Positions 39,852-48,560 of a DNA stretch of 64,000 nt are shown one piece after another. The notes under the pieces were generated by a model. It was given only the letters and a program-made list of their open reading frames with translations, did not search any database and had not been told where the DNA came from. Source of the stretch: Candidatus Yonathbacteria bacterium RIFCSPLOWO2_01_FULL_47_33b (GTDB lineage Bacteria; Patescibacteriota; Minisyncoccia; Phycocordibacterales; UBA1550); NCBI GenBank assembly GCA_001823575.1, contig MHUW01000007.1:24223-88222 (forward strand). Reading direction: 5' to 3'. Position 1 is the first letter of the stretch. Every line of letters begins with the position of its first letter. A program made the translations under genes and the position numbers.

Positions 39852-42800
39852 CTACTTATCAACATTTTTAATTGCAATCATAATCCTATCCGTTTCAACC
39901 AGTGCTACAATCATTTTTTGATAGTGTTCGATGTCTGTGTTGGAGAGTTTGCGGGATTGGCGGTCCTTGAGCCATTTTTGAGCAGGCTGATAGCCACCGA
40001 TGTAGAAATTCCAGGCGACTTCAGGAACATTGCCAAAATACTGCGTGTCATTGATGTACACATTGCCATCTTTGTATTTTGGATATTTCGCCTCGACGGT
40101 GTCGCTTCCCGCCTGAGGAAATGTCGTGATGAAGTTTTTGAGCTTTGGTGATTCCAAAAGATGTAGTGCGCGGAGTTCACCACCGAGCGCAACAAGCTTT
40201 TTGAACGACTCAGTATCTTGAGGATAAGGAACACGCGGAAAATTAATCTTCAAAAACTCTTTATATTTTTCGCGGTAACTTGGTGAGTGCAAAGCGGCAT
40301 AGATGTAATCAAAAATATCTTCGGGGGTTGTCTTGCCGACAATCTTTTCTATTTCATCAACAATTTCTTTTTTGAGGTTCGGTGTTTTTAAGCCGTCTTC
40401 GGTGTAGAGATAGAGGGGGAAAGTATAAGCACCTTCCTTCGTCTGCAAAGAAACGGTACATCTATCAACGAGTGTTTTTGTTAAAAAAATGTGTTTAAAA
40501 TCAGAGCTGCTTTGCTGCTTGGAAACCAGCAGGGCTAAATTATCTTTACCAACCAAATGTTTGTAAACTTTATATCCAGAACGACTAATCAGCTCTGGGT
40601 CATAATAGATCCACACAAAACCAAACGGTCTATACTGCTCTAACTGTATGTAATTTTCATCAAACAACTTCCCTTTAATTCGTTCCGTTAATTTATATCC
40701 ACTTGAGTCGACCACTCGATAAGTAGATTTAAAACTACCACTGTAATTATTTGATAGAAGTTCTTGAATTTTCTTTGTGAGTTTACTTTTATCAAAATCT
40801 GTGAAGAGCGGGTCTCGATCAGTCTGAACACCAGAATTCGAAATCTGAAATAACTCATCAACCTTAAAACCTTTCTCATATTCTTCATTCGCACCAAAAT
40901 CTTTCGGCACAAAAAAATAGTACGGCTCAGAATATTCAAGTTTCTGCCATTTAATATTTTCTACCGACCCAGCATCAAGTGCCTCGAACTTTACTTTTTG
41001 TTTTCCGTAGAGTTCGGTGTGGTACATATCTGCCAACCGCTTTTTCTTTCCGCTTTTCTTTACGAACAGAGAGATAGATACACCCTGTTGAATAGCGAAA
41101 ACGTTTTCGTCCTTCCCTCCGTCAGGTGCTACTTCTTTCTTTTTTGCATTGCCGTGCAGGTCGATAATATAAATCGAGTCAAATGTTTCGAGCAAGTGTT
41201 TGCGCATTTGACGGTGCGTGATTCCGTCGATGAATGAGTTGTTCGTAATCATACCAACAATCCCCTCACCATTTTTCTCAATTAAGTCCTCAGTAAAACG
41301 AATGAATTTTATATAATCATCGTCAAGGTTGATTTTACGCTCGTTCAAATCTTTTTTGTATTCCTTGATCAATTCTGAAATATGTTCACCCTTGTTTTGC
41401 GAGCTGACATTATAGGGCGGGTTGCCCATCACGACCATGATCGGCAATTCGTTTTTTACGCGGTTTGCTTGGTTGGACTCTTCAGTGATTGCTTTACCGA
41501 GACCGATGCTTGAAAATAAGGTGTTTTCTTCTGACTCGCCTTTTTCGAGCGAGTTGGTTAGGTACACACCGAGGCGCGTACTCTCGTTAATATTTGCGCC
41601 AGACTCTTTGATCGTCGAAGAAAGTTTGAGGTGTGCGATAGTGTACGACGCCATCATAAGTTCAAAGCCATGAAGGCGCGGGAGTAGGTCTTCGTTCACA
41701 TAATTGTTCCACCTCCCCTCTTGCCCTGCAAATGATTTTTGGATGTGCTGTATCGCTTCATTCAAAAATGTCCCCGTGCCTGTTGCGGGGTCGAGTACTT
41801 GGACTTTGTGCACCGACACTTTGTGTTTCTTGCCTTGCACCTCTTTCATTATTTCGATTTTTGAATTTTCGGCGAGGCCTTGCGCAAGACCAAACTCTTT
41901 TTTCAAAATGTCATCTACGGCGCGAACAATGAACCGCACCACAGGGAGTGGGGTGTAGAACACGCCCATCTTTTTGCGCTCGGCAGGGTCATACTCCTGC
42001 AAGAAGTCTTCGTAAAAATGAATGATGGGGTCGCGACTGTCGTCCTTGCCCACTTTGTAGTAGTTATGCACGATTGCCTCTACGTCGGCATTAGTAAACT
42101 CTTCACAAAGTTCGTTTACAATAAACTCAATACGTGGGTCAAACGACGAGCCGGCGATGTGGTCAAAAAAATGGCGAAGAAACGGATTGGACGCTGGGAC
42201 TAAATCACGCGCTTCCCTGCGCGAAAAATCCTCTGGTGTATCGTCATAGTACCTTGCAACAAAAAGCCCGTACACGAGCGTCTGTGCATACATATCGGCA
42301 AACTTTTCCTTGTCGAGGTCGGCAAGTAAGAGCTTTTTGATAACCTCGTAGACAGAGAGTAGGTTTTCATTTTTTGCGTTGTCTTCTTGCGCAAGAAAAA
42401 CCTTTACATTGTCGCGGATACGGCGCGCCTTGCCAGCCATCACCTTTGCCAAGACTGAGCCAGACTTTATCGGCTCTTTTGATTCGGTGATGAAGCCGCT
42501 AATTGTGTCCTCGAGAAGCTTGAACGTTTCCTCGTTTGAAACTATTTCTTTTTTGTCGAGCTTTGCGATAACAACCGCCTCGCCGTATCGTGTAGCATTT
42601 TGATAAAAACGAAACTCAAGACAGTTGGTAAGAATAATATTTGAGTATCCGTAATACCTACCCATTTGTTCGCTTTTTTCTATCTCGTCAAGTGAAATAT
42701 TAAGGTCCTTTGCTTCTGCATATGCAACAACGGTCTTCCCTTTAGTAAAGACGAAATCCGGTGCGCCATACTCGCTTCGTTTTGGTTCGTTGTGAACTTT

Positions 42801-42920
42801 TAATTCGGTGATTTTTTCAAACAACTCTTGAAGCGCGGGGCGGTACGAGTGCTCGGTAGCATGTCCGCTTGCGTGCGTTTCAGCGACTTTTTGTATGAAA
42901 TTTTTTACAGTTTGACTCAT
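39852..42920 (-). CDS. Type IIG restriction-modification enzyme, MmeI-like (nuclease + gamma-class N6-adenine MTase + TRD)
   Basis: N-terminal PDFVF...AYAEAKD nuclease motif. MTase motif I VLDPATGTGTFL and motif IV NPPY. Length about 1000 aa. The track start 42959 is not ATG, so the ATG at 42920 is preferred. Confidence 0.85.
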   Translation of the reverse strand: MSQTVKNFIQKVAETHASGHATEHSYRPALQELFEKITELKVHNEPKRSEYGAPDFVFTKGKTVVAYAEAKDLNISLDEIEKSEQMGRYYGYSNIILTNCLEFRFYQNATRYGEAVVIAKLDKKEIVSNEETFKLLEDTISGFITESKEPIKSGSVLAKVMAGKARRIRDNVKVFLAQEDNAKNENLLSVYEVIKKLLLADLDKEKFADMYAQTLVYGLFVARYYDDTPEDFSRREARDLVPASNPFLRHFFDHIAGSSFDPRIEFIVNELCEEFTNADVEAIVHNYYKVGKDDSRDPIIHFYEDFLQEYDPAERKKMGVFYTPLPVVRFIVRAVDDILKKEFGLAQGLAENSKIEIMKEVQGKKHKVSVHKVQVLDPATGTGTFLNEAIQHIQKSFAGQEGRWNNYVNEDLLPRLHGFELMMASYTIAHLKLSSTIKESGANINESTRLGVYLTNSLEKGESEENTLFSSIGLGKAITEESNQANRVKNELPIMVVMGNPPYNVSSQNKGEHISELIKEYKKDLNERKINLDDDYIKFIRFTEDLIEKNGEGIVGMITNNSFIDGITHRQMRKHLLETFDSIYIIDLHGNAKKKEVAPDGGKDENVFAIQQGVSISLFVKKSGKKKRLADMYHTELYGKQKVKFEALDAGSVENIKWQKLEYSEPYYFFVPKDFGANEEYEKGFKVDELFQISNSGVQTDRDPLFTDFDKSKLTKKIQELLSNNYSGSFKSTYRVVDSSGYKLTERIKGKLFDENYIQLEQYRPFGFVWIYYDPELISRSGYKVYKHLVGKDNLALLVSKQQSSSDFKHIFLTKTLVDRCTVSLQTKEGAYTFPLYLYTEDGLKTPNLKKEIVDEIEKIVGKTTPEDIFDYIYAALHSPSYREKYKEFLKINFPRVPYPQDTESFKKLVALGGELRALHLLESPKLKNFITTFPQAGSDTVEAKYPKYKDGNVYINDTQYFGNVPEVAWNFYIGGYQPAQKWLKDRQSRKLSNTDIEHYQKMIVALVETDRIMIAIKNVDK

Positions 42921-42957
42921 AAAAAGTAGGAGTGTTAACAGTTCCCAGTATACCTCC

Positions 42958-42990
42958 AATCAATCTTTAATACAAAAGCCCCAATCGGGG
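42958..42990 (-). terminator. terminator after the MazG-like gene
   Basis: gccccgattggggc followed by ttttgtatt on the minus strand. Confidence 0.55.
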
Positions 42991-42997
42991 CGCTTGT

Positions 42998-43348
42998 TTA
43001 CAGCTTCGTATACTTCGTATGCTTCCCTTTGGCTTTTTCGACGGGGTATTTGGCTTTGTTTTTCTCTATCTTTTTCTCGTGGGCGTCGGCGATGTCGATG
43101 CCGAGGTCGTGACTCATCAAAAGGACCCACGAGAGCACATCCGCGAGCTCCTCGCCTATCTCCTCTTTACCCTCTTTTACATACACCTCTATTTCCTCTT
43201 TGTTTTTCCACTGGAAATGCTCCAGCACCTCGGCTGCCTCGAGCGAGAGCGATATTGCGCAGTCCTTGGGGTTGTGGAACTGCTGCCAGTCGCGTTCATC
43301 CCGAAACTTGGTAATCTCCTCCGTTAATTTTTGAATTGAATTAGGCAT
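42998..43348 (-). CDS. MazG-like nucleotide pyrophosphohydrolase (small all-alpha NTP-PPase)
   Basis: EEI..F...R.W..FH.PK...SL..E..E.LE and EE..D MazG-type motifs. 2-nt gap from the upstream gene. Confidence 0.8.
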   Translation of the reverse strand: MPNSIQKLTEEITKFRDERDWQQFHNPKDCAISLSLEAAEVLEHFQWKNKEEIEVYVKEGKEEIGEELADVLSWVLLMSHDLGIDIADAHEKKIEKNKAKYPVEKAKGKHTKYTKL

Positions 43349-43350
43349 TT

Positions 43351-44409
43351 TTATTGTAGGGATTTTTTTGCTTCATTTTTTGCACGCTCAACCATAAATT
43401 TAACGGCTTCGTTCATATTGGTGTCCTGGATTACAATATCCGGCCGTTTTTCCTGAAATACGCGGTAGACCTCATCAGCAAATGCTTGCCCAATCATCGG
43501 AACACGATCATAATCCATCACGATTATTCTGAATTTCTCAAGCCCCGACAATACACGCCGAGCCTGAGAACGAGAAATATGCACACCACCCATAGTGTAC
43601 AAGCGGACTCGAATCTCTGTTTTATCAAACCCATAATCGCTATCTTCAGCAAGGTTAGTATACTTCTTAAAAATATCGTTCAAATGGTGTTTGTCTTTTA
43701 TATTGATCTTGAAACTCACCTTCGTCCCTTTTTTGATTCCCTTTATTTTTTTAACGAAGATGTCTTTAATTTTGTTATCCGCAATATATTGATACCCGTA
43801 GCTATCAAGTACAAAAAGGTCCCCGACTTTTGATGTGAAGAAAATACCCTCACCTGAATGAAGTTTGGGCGCTGTGGTCATTTTTCCTTTTAAAAGGTCC
43901 TGAATTGCTTCAATCTCAGAGTTAAGGTTGCGTTTACGCATAATGTTACGGTATACACCAACGCCGTAGTCATCAATAACAAAAGAAAGCTCGTTGTCTT
44001 TCAGTAGTACCGTAACCTGAATTATTTCTGACTTGGAATGTTCGATAGCATTATTCAACATTTCTGAAAATGCGAACGTAAAAATACTTTTTATATTTTC
44101 TGGAAGTTTTTTAAACGGTAAAAATGAGCGCTCAACATCATCAAGGACTTTGTGCTCCTCGAGAGATTTGTTTTCTAATTTTTTGGTGTACCTATTTTCA
44201 ATAGTGTCTGGATGGGAATCAGCGTATTCTGGCAAAACATACGCGGCATTGCGAGTCGATCCTATTTTTATAAGTTTTCCTTCGGCGACAAGTTCAGACA
44301 GCATTTTTGAAACATACTGCCTCGTAACACTAAAAGCCGCCACAAAATAGGCACTTTTAAGAAGCCCTTTCTGTTTTGCTATCTTGAGTATCTTTTCCTT
44401 GTTCAGCAT
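43351..44409 (-). CDS. wHTH - GHKL ATPase-like - DUF4325 (STAS-like) protein
   Basis: N-terminal HTH, central FSEMLNNAIEHS (HATPase_c-like) and C-terminal RIIVMDYDRV...GQAFADEV (DUF4325-like). The track starts at TTG 44421. Confidence 0.6.
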   Translation of the reverse strand: MLNKEKILKIAKQKGLLKSAYFVAAFSVTRQYVSKMLSELVAEGKLIKIGSTRNAAYVLPEYADSHPDTIENRYTKKLENKSLEEHKVLDDVERSFLPFKKLPENIKSIFTFAFSEMLNNAIEHSKSEIIQVTVLLKDNELSFVIDDYGVGVYRNIMRKRNLNSEIEAIQDLLKGKMTTAPKLHSGEGIFFTSKVGDLFVLDSYGYQYIADNKIKDIFVKKIKGIKKGTKVSFKINIKDKHHLNDIFKKYTNLAEDSDYGFDKTEIRVRLYTMGGVHISRSQARRVLSGLEKFRIIVMDYDRVPMIGQAFADEVYRVFQEKRPDIVIQDTNMNEAVKFMVERAKNEAKKSLQ

Positions 44410-44462
44410 ATTGTAAACCAATTGTAAACCAATGCTTTTTAATTGTCAACTAATTGTCAACC
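44410..44462 (-). promoter_or_regulatory. promoter built from tandem 11-bp repeats (2x TTGACAATTAG, 2x TTTACAATTGG) giving TTGACA-17-TACAAT, leaderless
   Basis: Repeats read directly. The -10 lies immediately upstream of the ATG. Confidence 0.55.
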
Positions 44463-44513
44463 AGCAAAATAAGGCTTATTTTCAGTGTTATTTTGCTAAT
44501 TTGTGGATGTTAT

Positions 44514-45769
44514 TTAAAGAAACAACAAATCCCTATCCAAATCATCGGACTCGGTGCCTTTTGTTTTGTGTTTGAGGGCGGTGTGAGTTGAAGCGAGGTA
44601 CACCACGCGCTTGCCGAGTTTGTCTTCTAGTGTATCAATGCGTTTGTGGATGGCATCAAACTTGTCGGCCTTGATCGTCCCACCGAACAAATCCGCCTGT
44701 GAAGCATGTCCGGGAACAAGGTCGTGGAGGGTTACTCCTGTGGTGCGGTACAGAACGCCTCCTGTATGTATTTTTTCAAGCTCCGCATGCGCGAGCGCCA
44801 TGAGAATCTCGGGGGAATTTGAAGGTACGGAAAGTGGTATCGAACACGTTACGATTTTGAAATTTTGTGTCTTCAGAAAAATAGAGATTTTCTTGGGCAC
44901 CAATTCATAGTGTCGCGCTTTTTTGCAGGCGTCCTCTATGTTTTTTGAAAGCTGCGACCAGAGAAATGTTTTGTCATTGGTCGCGGGGTGAAATGTTAGC
45001 GTCTTTTGTATGGACGAGTAAACTGTTTTAACCTCTGGGTCTACCTCCATAACCGACTCGCCGCCCAACTCGCGCCAGATAGCTTCGTAGGGTTTTGAGA
45101 GATTTTGTCTGACCCAAGAAATATCTTTCATACTAAAATCTTTGGCAGTATACACGGCCCTCTTGGTGAGAAACTCTGCTGTTTTGGGTCCAATGCCCCA
45201 AACTTTCTTGATTGGTGTCTTTGTGAGGAAATCCGGCGCCGTACTTGTCTCGATGACGGTCAGACCATTTGGCTTGACCCAGTTGGATGCAACCTTGGCA
45301 AGCACTTTTGTTGGCGCGAGACCAATCGACACCGAGAGCCCGAGCTCTTCGTTTACTTCTTTTTTAATACGCTCCGCCATTTGCAGATAGGTCATCTTGA
45401 GTGGTGGCTCGAGTCCCGTGAGATCGGCAAAGCATTCATCAATACTATATTCCTCGACATCATCGGCATACCTGCGCACAATATCAAACATCTTGCTCGA
45501 ATAAAGTGCATATGACTTGTAGTCTCCTGGCAGAATGATGACGCTCGGGAAGTCTCTTTTGACTTTGAATATCGGCATACCGCGAATGATGCCGAGCGCT
45601 TTTGCTTCGTACGACAGCGCCGATACAATCCCCGCTCCTCGCCCGTCACCACCGGCAGACCCTTTAGCGTCGGGTCCTTTGCGACCTCCACCCCCACAAA
45701 AAACGCATCTCCATCAATATGGAAAATCACCTTTTGTTTTATGAGATTATTTTGAGCGAGTGTCTTCAC
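44514..45769 (-). pseudogene. dinB: DNA polymerase IV (Y-family) interrupted by a -1 frameshift in a C4/G4 homopolymer
   Basis: The N-terminal frame (IFHIDGDAFFVGVEV...GEERG) and the downstream frame (IVSALSYEAKALGIIRGMPIFKVK...) are both DinB-like. The junction is at cccc 45630-45633. One extra C/G would fuse the frames. Confidence 0.75.
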
Positions 45770-45793
45770 TCACTGTATTATACCAAATTCTCT

Positions 45794-45814
45794 GACTGGG
45801 GAACTTGGTCCAAG
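45794..45814. repeat. degenerate direct repeat of the tRNA-Gln 3' end (14/14 bp ACTGGGGAACTTGG, then a T-loop-deleted remainder)
   Basis: Identical 14-mer at 45794-45807 and 45998-46011. Confidence 0.6.
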
Positions 45815-45957
45815 AGTCTGCGGCCAAGCCGTGAATTTTGTAATTCAGAATCTGCTGATTCAGGATCGCCTCTCGCTCTGCTGAGCTCGAAACCTACGTC
45901 CTCTCTTCGAGGACTGCGGCCCGCGGTTCAATCCCAAGTTCTTCAACCGTTGTAAAT

Positions 45958-45992
45958 AAAAAGCACCCTCATGACAAGGGTGCTTTTTATTT
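45958..45992 (-). terminator. terminator downstream of tRNA-Gln
   Basis: aaaaagcaccc-ttgtcatga-gggtgcttttt. Confidence 0.7.
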
Positions 45993-45998
45993 ACAAAA

Positions 45999-46069
45999 CT
46001 GGGGAACTTGGGATCGAACCAAGATTGACGGCTTCAAAGGCCGCTGTCCTACCATTAGACGATTCCCCA
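45999..46069 (-). tRNA. tRNA-Gln (anticodon TTG)
   Basis: Manual cloverleaf: acceptor UGGGGAA/UUCCCCA with U1-A72, D-arm GUCU-AAUGGUA-GGAC, anticodon arm GCGGC-CUUUGAA-GCCGU, T-arm CUUGG-UUCGAUC-CCAAG, discriminator G. CCA is not encoded. Confidence 0.85.
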
Positions 46070-46122
46070 ATATTTAAAACAGCACTTGTGCAGAATACAC
46101 CAAAAGAGATACTTCGGCAACG

Positions 46123-47154
46123 CTATTCCCCAATGACACGCAGGAGTGCAAGTTCAAGAGGAAGCGTCGGGATAGCCGCTGTGCGGAGGTCGGCGTAGGC
46201 GCCAAGGAGCGCTACGAGCTCCTTGGACGCGAGGGTTTTGCCAGCTTCTTTGGAGAGCTTCTCGAGGAACACAAAATCCTCCTCTGATGAATTCTCACGC
46301 ACCTCGGCCTTCATCGCTGTTGCAAAGCGTAGGATGAGAACAAAGCGCACTTTGCGTACGACGAGGTCGAGGAAAATCTTCATATCCCCTATTGTTTCAC
46401 TCGCTTGCGCAAGGACTTGCGCCCCCTTGGCAAAATCACGCTCGGTGATGGCGAGAATAAAATCATTGACCATGCGCGTGCTTGGCGCACCGAGGGTTAC
46501 CGCAACTTCTTCGGGTGTTATTTTTTTATCCGTTGACGCAGCGATGACTTTTTGAAGCGTACCGAGCGTGTCACGGAATGATCCGTCACCGAGGAGCGCA
46601 ATGAGGTCCGACGATGACGGCTCGAGTTTGTAGCCCTCTTTTTTTGAAACGGTCTCGACGAGCTTTTGTAATGTCGCGTGCGAAGGGCGCTTGAAACGGA
46701 ACGACTGACAGCGCGAGACAATAGTCTCGGGGAGCTTTTCCTCCTCAGTCGTCGCGAGGATAAAGATGACATGCTTTGGGGGCTCCTCAAGGGTCTTCAA
46801 GAGTGCGTTGAATGCCTCCTTGGTCAGCATGTGCACCTCGTCCACAATGTACACTTTAAATTTCGAATCGAACGGCAAGGTGTGTACCGCATCGCGGAGG
46901 GCGCGAATATCATCAACACCACGGTTGGACGCTGCATCAATCTCGTAGGTGTCATTATCCGACGAACCAATCTCGCGGGCAAAGATGCGAGCAATGGAAG
47001 TCTTGCCCGTACCGCGCGAACCAGAAAAAAGGTACGCATGCGCGATAGAATCATTTTGGAGTGCGCCCTTGAGTGTTGCCACCACCGCATCCTGGCCAAT
47101 GACCTCGTCAAACGACTGTGGGCGATATTTGCGGTAGAGAGTTACTTCTGACAT
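46123..47154 (-). CDS. dnaX: DNA polymerase III subunit gamma/tau, short form
   Basis: GSRGTGKTS Walker A, DEVHML and clamp-loader motifs. The track starts at 47205 upstream. Confidence 0.85.
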   Translation of the reverse strand: MSEVTLYRKYRPQSFDEVIGQDAVVATLKGALQNDSIAHAYLFSGSRGTGKTSIARIFAREIGSSDNDTYEIDAASNRGVDDIRALRDAVHTLPFDSKFKVYIVDEVHMLTKEAFNALLKTLEEPPKHVIFILATTEEEKLPETIVSRCQSFRFKRPSHATLQKLVETVSKKEGYKLEPSSSDLIALLGDGSFRDTLGTLQKVIAASTDKKITPEEVAVTLGAPSTRMVNDFILAITERDFAKGAQVLAQASETIGDMKIFLDLVVRKVRFVLILRFATAMKAEVRENSSEEDFVFLEKLSKEAGKTLASKELVALLGAYADLRTAAIPTLPLELALLRVIGE

Positions 47155-47189
47155 TTCCCTAGTATAGCAAAAAAGTATGCGGTTCAAAA

Positions 47190-47225
47190 ATAAAACCCCC
47201 TGCAATGTTTTGCGGGGGTTTTAAG
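47190..47225. terminator. terminator hairpin
   Basis: aaaaccccctgc...gcgggggtttt. Confidence 0.55.
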
Positions 47226-47226
47226 G

Positions 47227-47448
47227 CTAGGCACGTACCGAAATACTCGGTTTCCGGTAGTAGCCAAGCGCACGGTTCAGGATCTCGATCTCGCGCGAAA
47301 GCTGATCGATCTCGGTGTTGAGGAAAACCAAACTTTGATGCGGTAATCCACCTTTTTTCAAAAGAGATTCAAGGTAAGCAACCACCACCCTTTTAGCATT
47401 CAAGCTTTCTATTACCTGGTATTGCGCAAGTGCTTTGCAAATGTTCAT
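47227..47448 (-). CDS. small hypothetical protein (73 aa)
   Basis: ORF preceded by a strong promoter. Confidence 0.4.
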   Translation of the reverse strand: MNICKALAQYQVIESLNAKRVVVAYLESLLKKGGLPHQSLVFLNTEIDQLSREIEILNRALGYYRKPSISVRA

Positions 47449-47472
47449 TCTCTACTCCAGAGTAATTATCTA

Positions 47473-47507
47473 CGCACATTATAGCACCTTTTGGTACTAA
47501 TTGTCAA
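47473..47507 (-). promoter_or_regulatory. sigma70 promoter TTGACA-17-TATAAT
   Basis: Consensus hexamers on the minus strand, upstream of the 47448 start. Confidence 0.6.
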
Positions 47508-48522
47508 TGTTGTGAGTTTTCAAAAATTCACGAGCAATACCCTCAATCTCATCGGCATTCTTGGCGTCCATAAGCTGCACGCGGAGTTCCTTTGCTCCGT
47601 CAAAGCCGTTTACGTACGCCTTGTAGTGTTTTTTCATAATGGCGAAGTTTTTGATGTCGCCGAGAAGTTTTTCGTAGAGATGCGTGTGCTCAATCATAAT
47701 CTCAAACTTTTCTGCGAGGGTGGGCGGTGTTGTACGAGCACGGTCAAAGAGCCACGGTGTACCAAACACGCCACGACCAATCATCACCCCGTCAGCACCC
47801 GAAGCATCAGCCTTTGCTTGTGCGTCAGCAAGATCCTGCACATCACCGTTACCGATGATGAGCGTCCCTGTCCCCTCTGCGAGCTCCTTTGCGCGCTTCA
47901 CCAGCTCCCATCGCGCAGGTACGAGAGAGAGCTCCTTCCTGGTACGTGCGTGCACTGTAATGACCGCGGGCTTTGTTTCAAGGATGGCACCGAGCCATCC
48001 TTCGAGATCTTCTTTGTTGTAGCCTACACGCGTTTTGACCGAGACTGGCAAACCCCCTGCGCCCTCCATCACCGCACGAATGACCTCCTGTGCAAGCTTT
48101 GGGTCTTTAATATGTGCAGCGCCGGCTCCTTGCTTCTCGATGCTTTTGTCAGGGCAACCCATATTGATATCGATACCGTCAAAGCCCAGCTCCTTGACGA
48201 GCGCGGCCGTCTGGCGCATGTGCTCAGGATGTGAACCAAAAATCTGCGCCACAATAGGATGCTCGCGCTCCGTGAAAGCGAGGTCACGCAAAAGCACTTC
48301 GCGCCCCTGCGAGCAAAGCCCATCCGCAGAAACAAACTCAGTCCAAAATACATCAGGACCACCCCCCGGCTCCCCGTGACGGCTGTACTTTGCAATCATC
48401 TGGCGAAATGCCGCGTCAGTCACATCGGCCATCGGCGCCAAGACGAAAAAGGGCTTCTTGAGATCCGCCCAAAAACCCATCACAGGTCCGTCGTTGTTTG
48501 TTTGTTCCTTTGCCTTCTTCAT
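47497..48522 (-). CDS. dus: tRNA-dihydrouridine synthase
   Basis: FVLAPMADVTD and DINMGCP motifs. The track start 48540 is GTG, so the ATG at 48522 is preferred. Confidence 0.85.
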   Translation of the reverse strand: MKKAKEQTNNDGPVMGFWADLKKPFFVLAPMADVTDAAFRQMIAKYSRHGEPGGGPDVFWTEFVSADGLCSQGREVLLRDLAFTEREHPIVAQIFGSHPEHMRQTAALVKELGFDGIDINMGCPDKSIEKQGAGAAHIKDPKLAQEVIRAVMEGAGGLPVSVKTRVGYNKEDLEGWLGAILETKPAVITVHARTRKELSLVPARWELVKRAKELAEGTGTLIIGNGDVQDLADAQAKADASGADGVMIGRGVFGTPWLFDRARTTPPTLAEKFEIMIEHTHLYEKLLGDIKNFAIMKKHYKAYVNGFDGAKELRVQLMDAKNADEIEGIAREFLKTHNIDN

Positions 48523-48560
48523 TGAATTGCACTCTAGCACAAAATATTATGCATTAAAAA

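Noticed and set aside
44410-44462. Tandem 11-bp repeats initially read as iterons or an operator array
   Set aside because: On the coding (minus) strand they spell TTGACA x2 and TACAAT x2 with a 17-bp spacing. This is better explained as a duplicated sigma70 promoter, although a regulatory role is not excluded.
45787-45940. Possible second tRNA or tmRNA-like gene in the dinB-tRNA intergenic region
   Set aside because: I could not fold a complete cloverleaf. T-stem complementarity fails (CGCGG vs CCAAG) and the anticodon-like arm has a 3-nt loop. I treat it as tRNA-derived remnants rather than a functional RNA gene.
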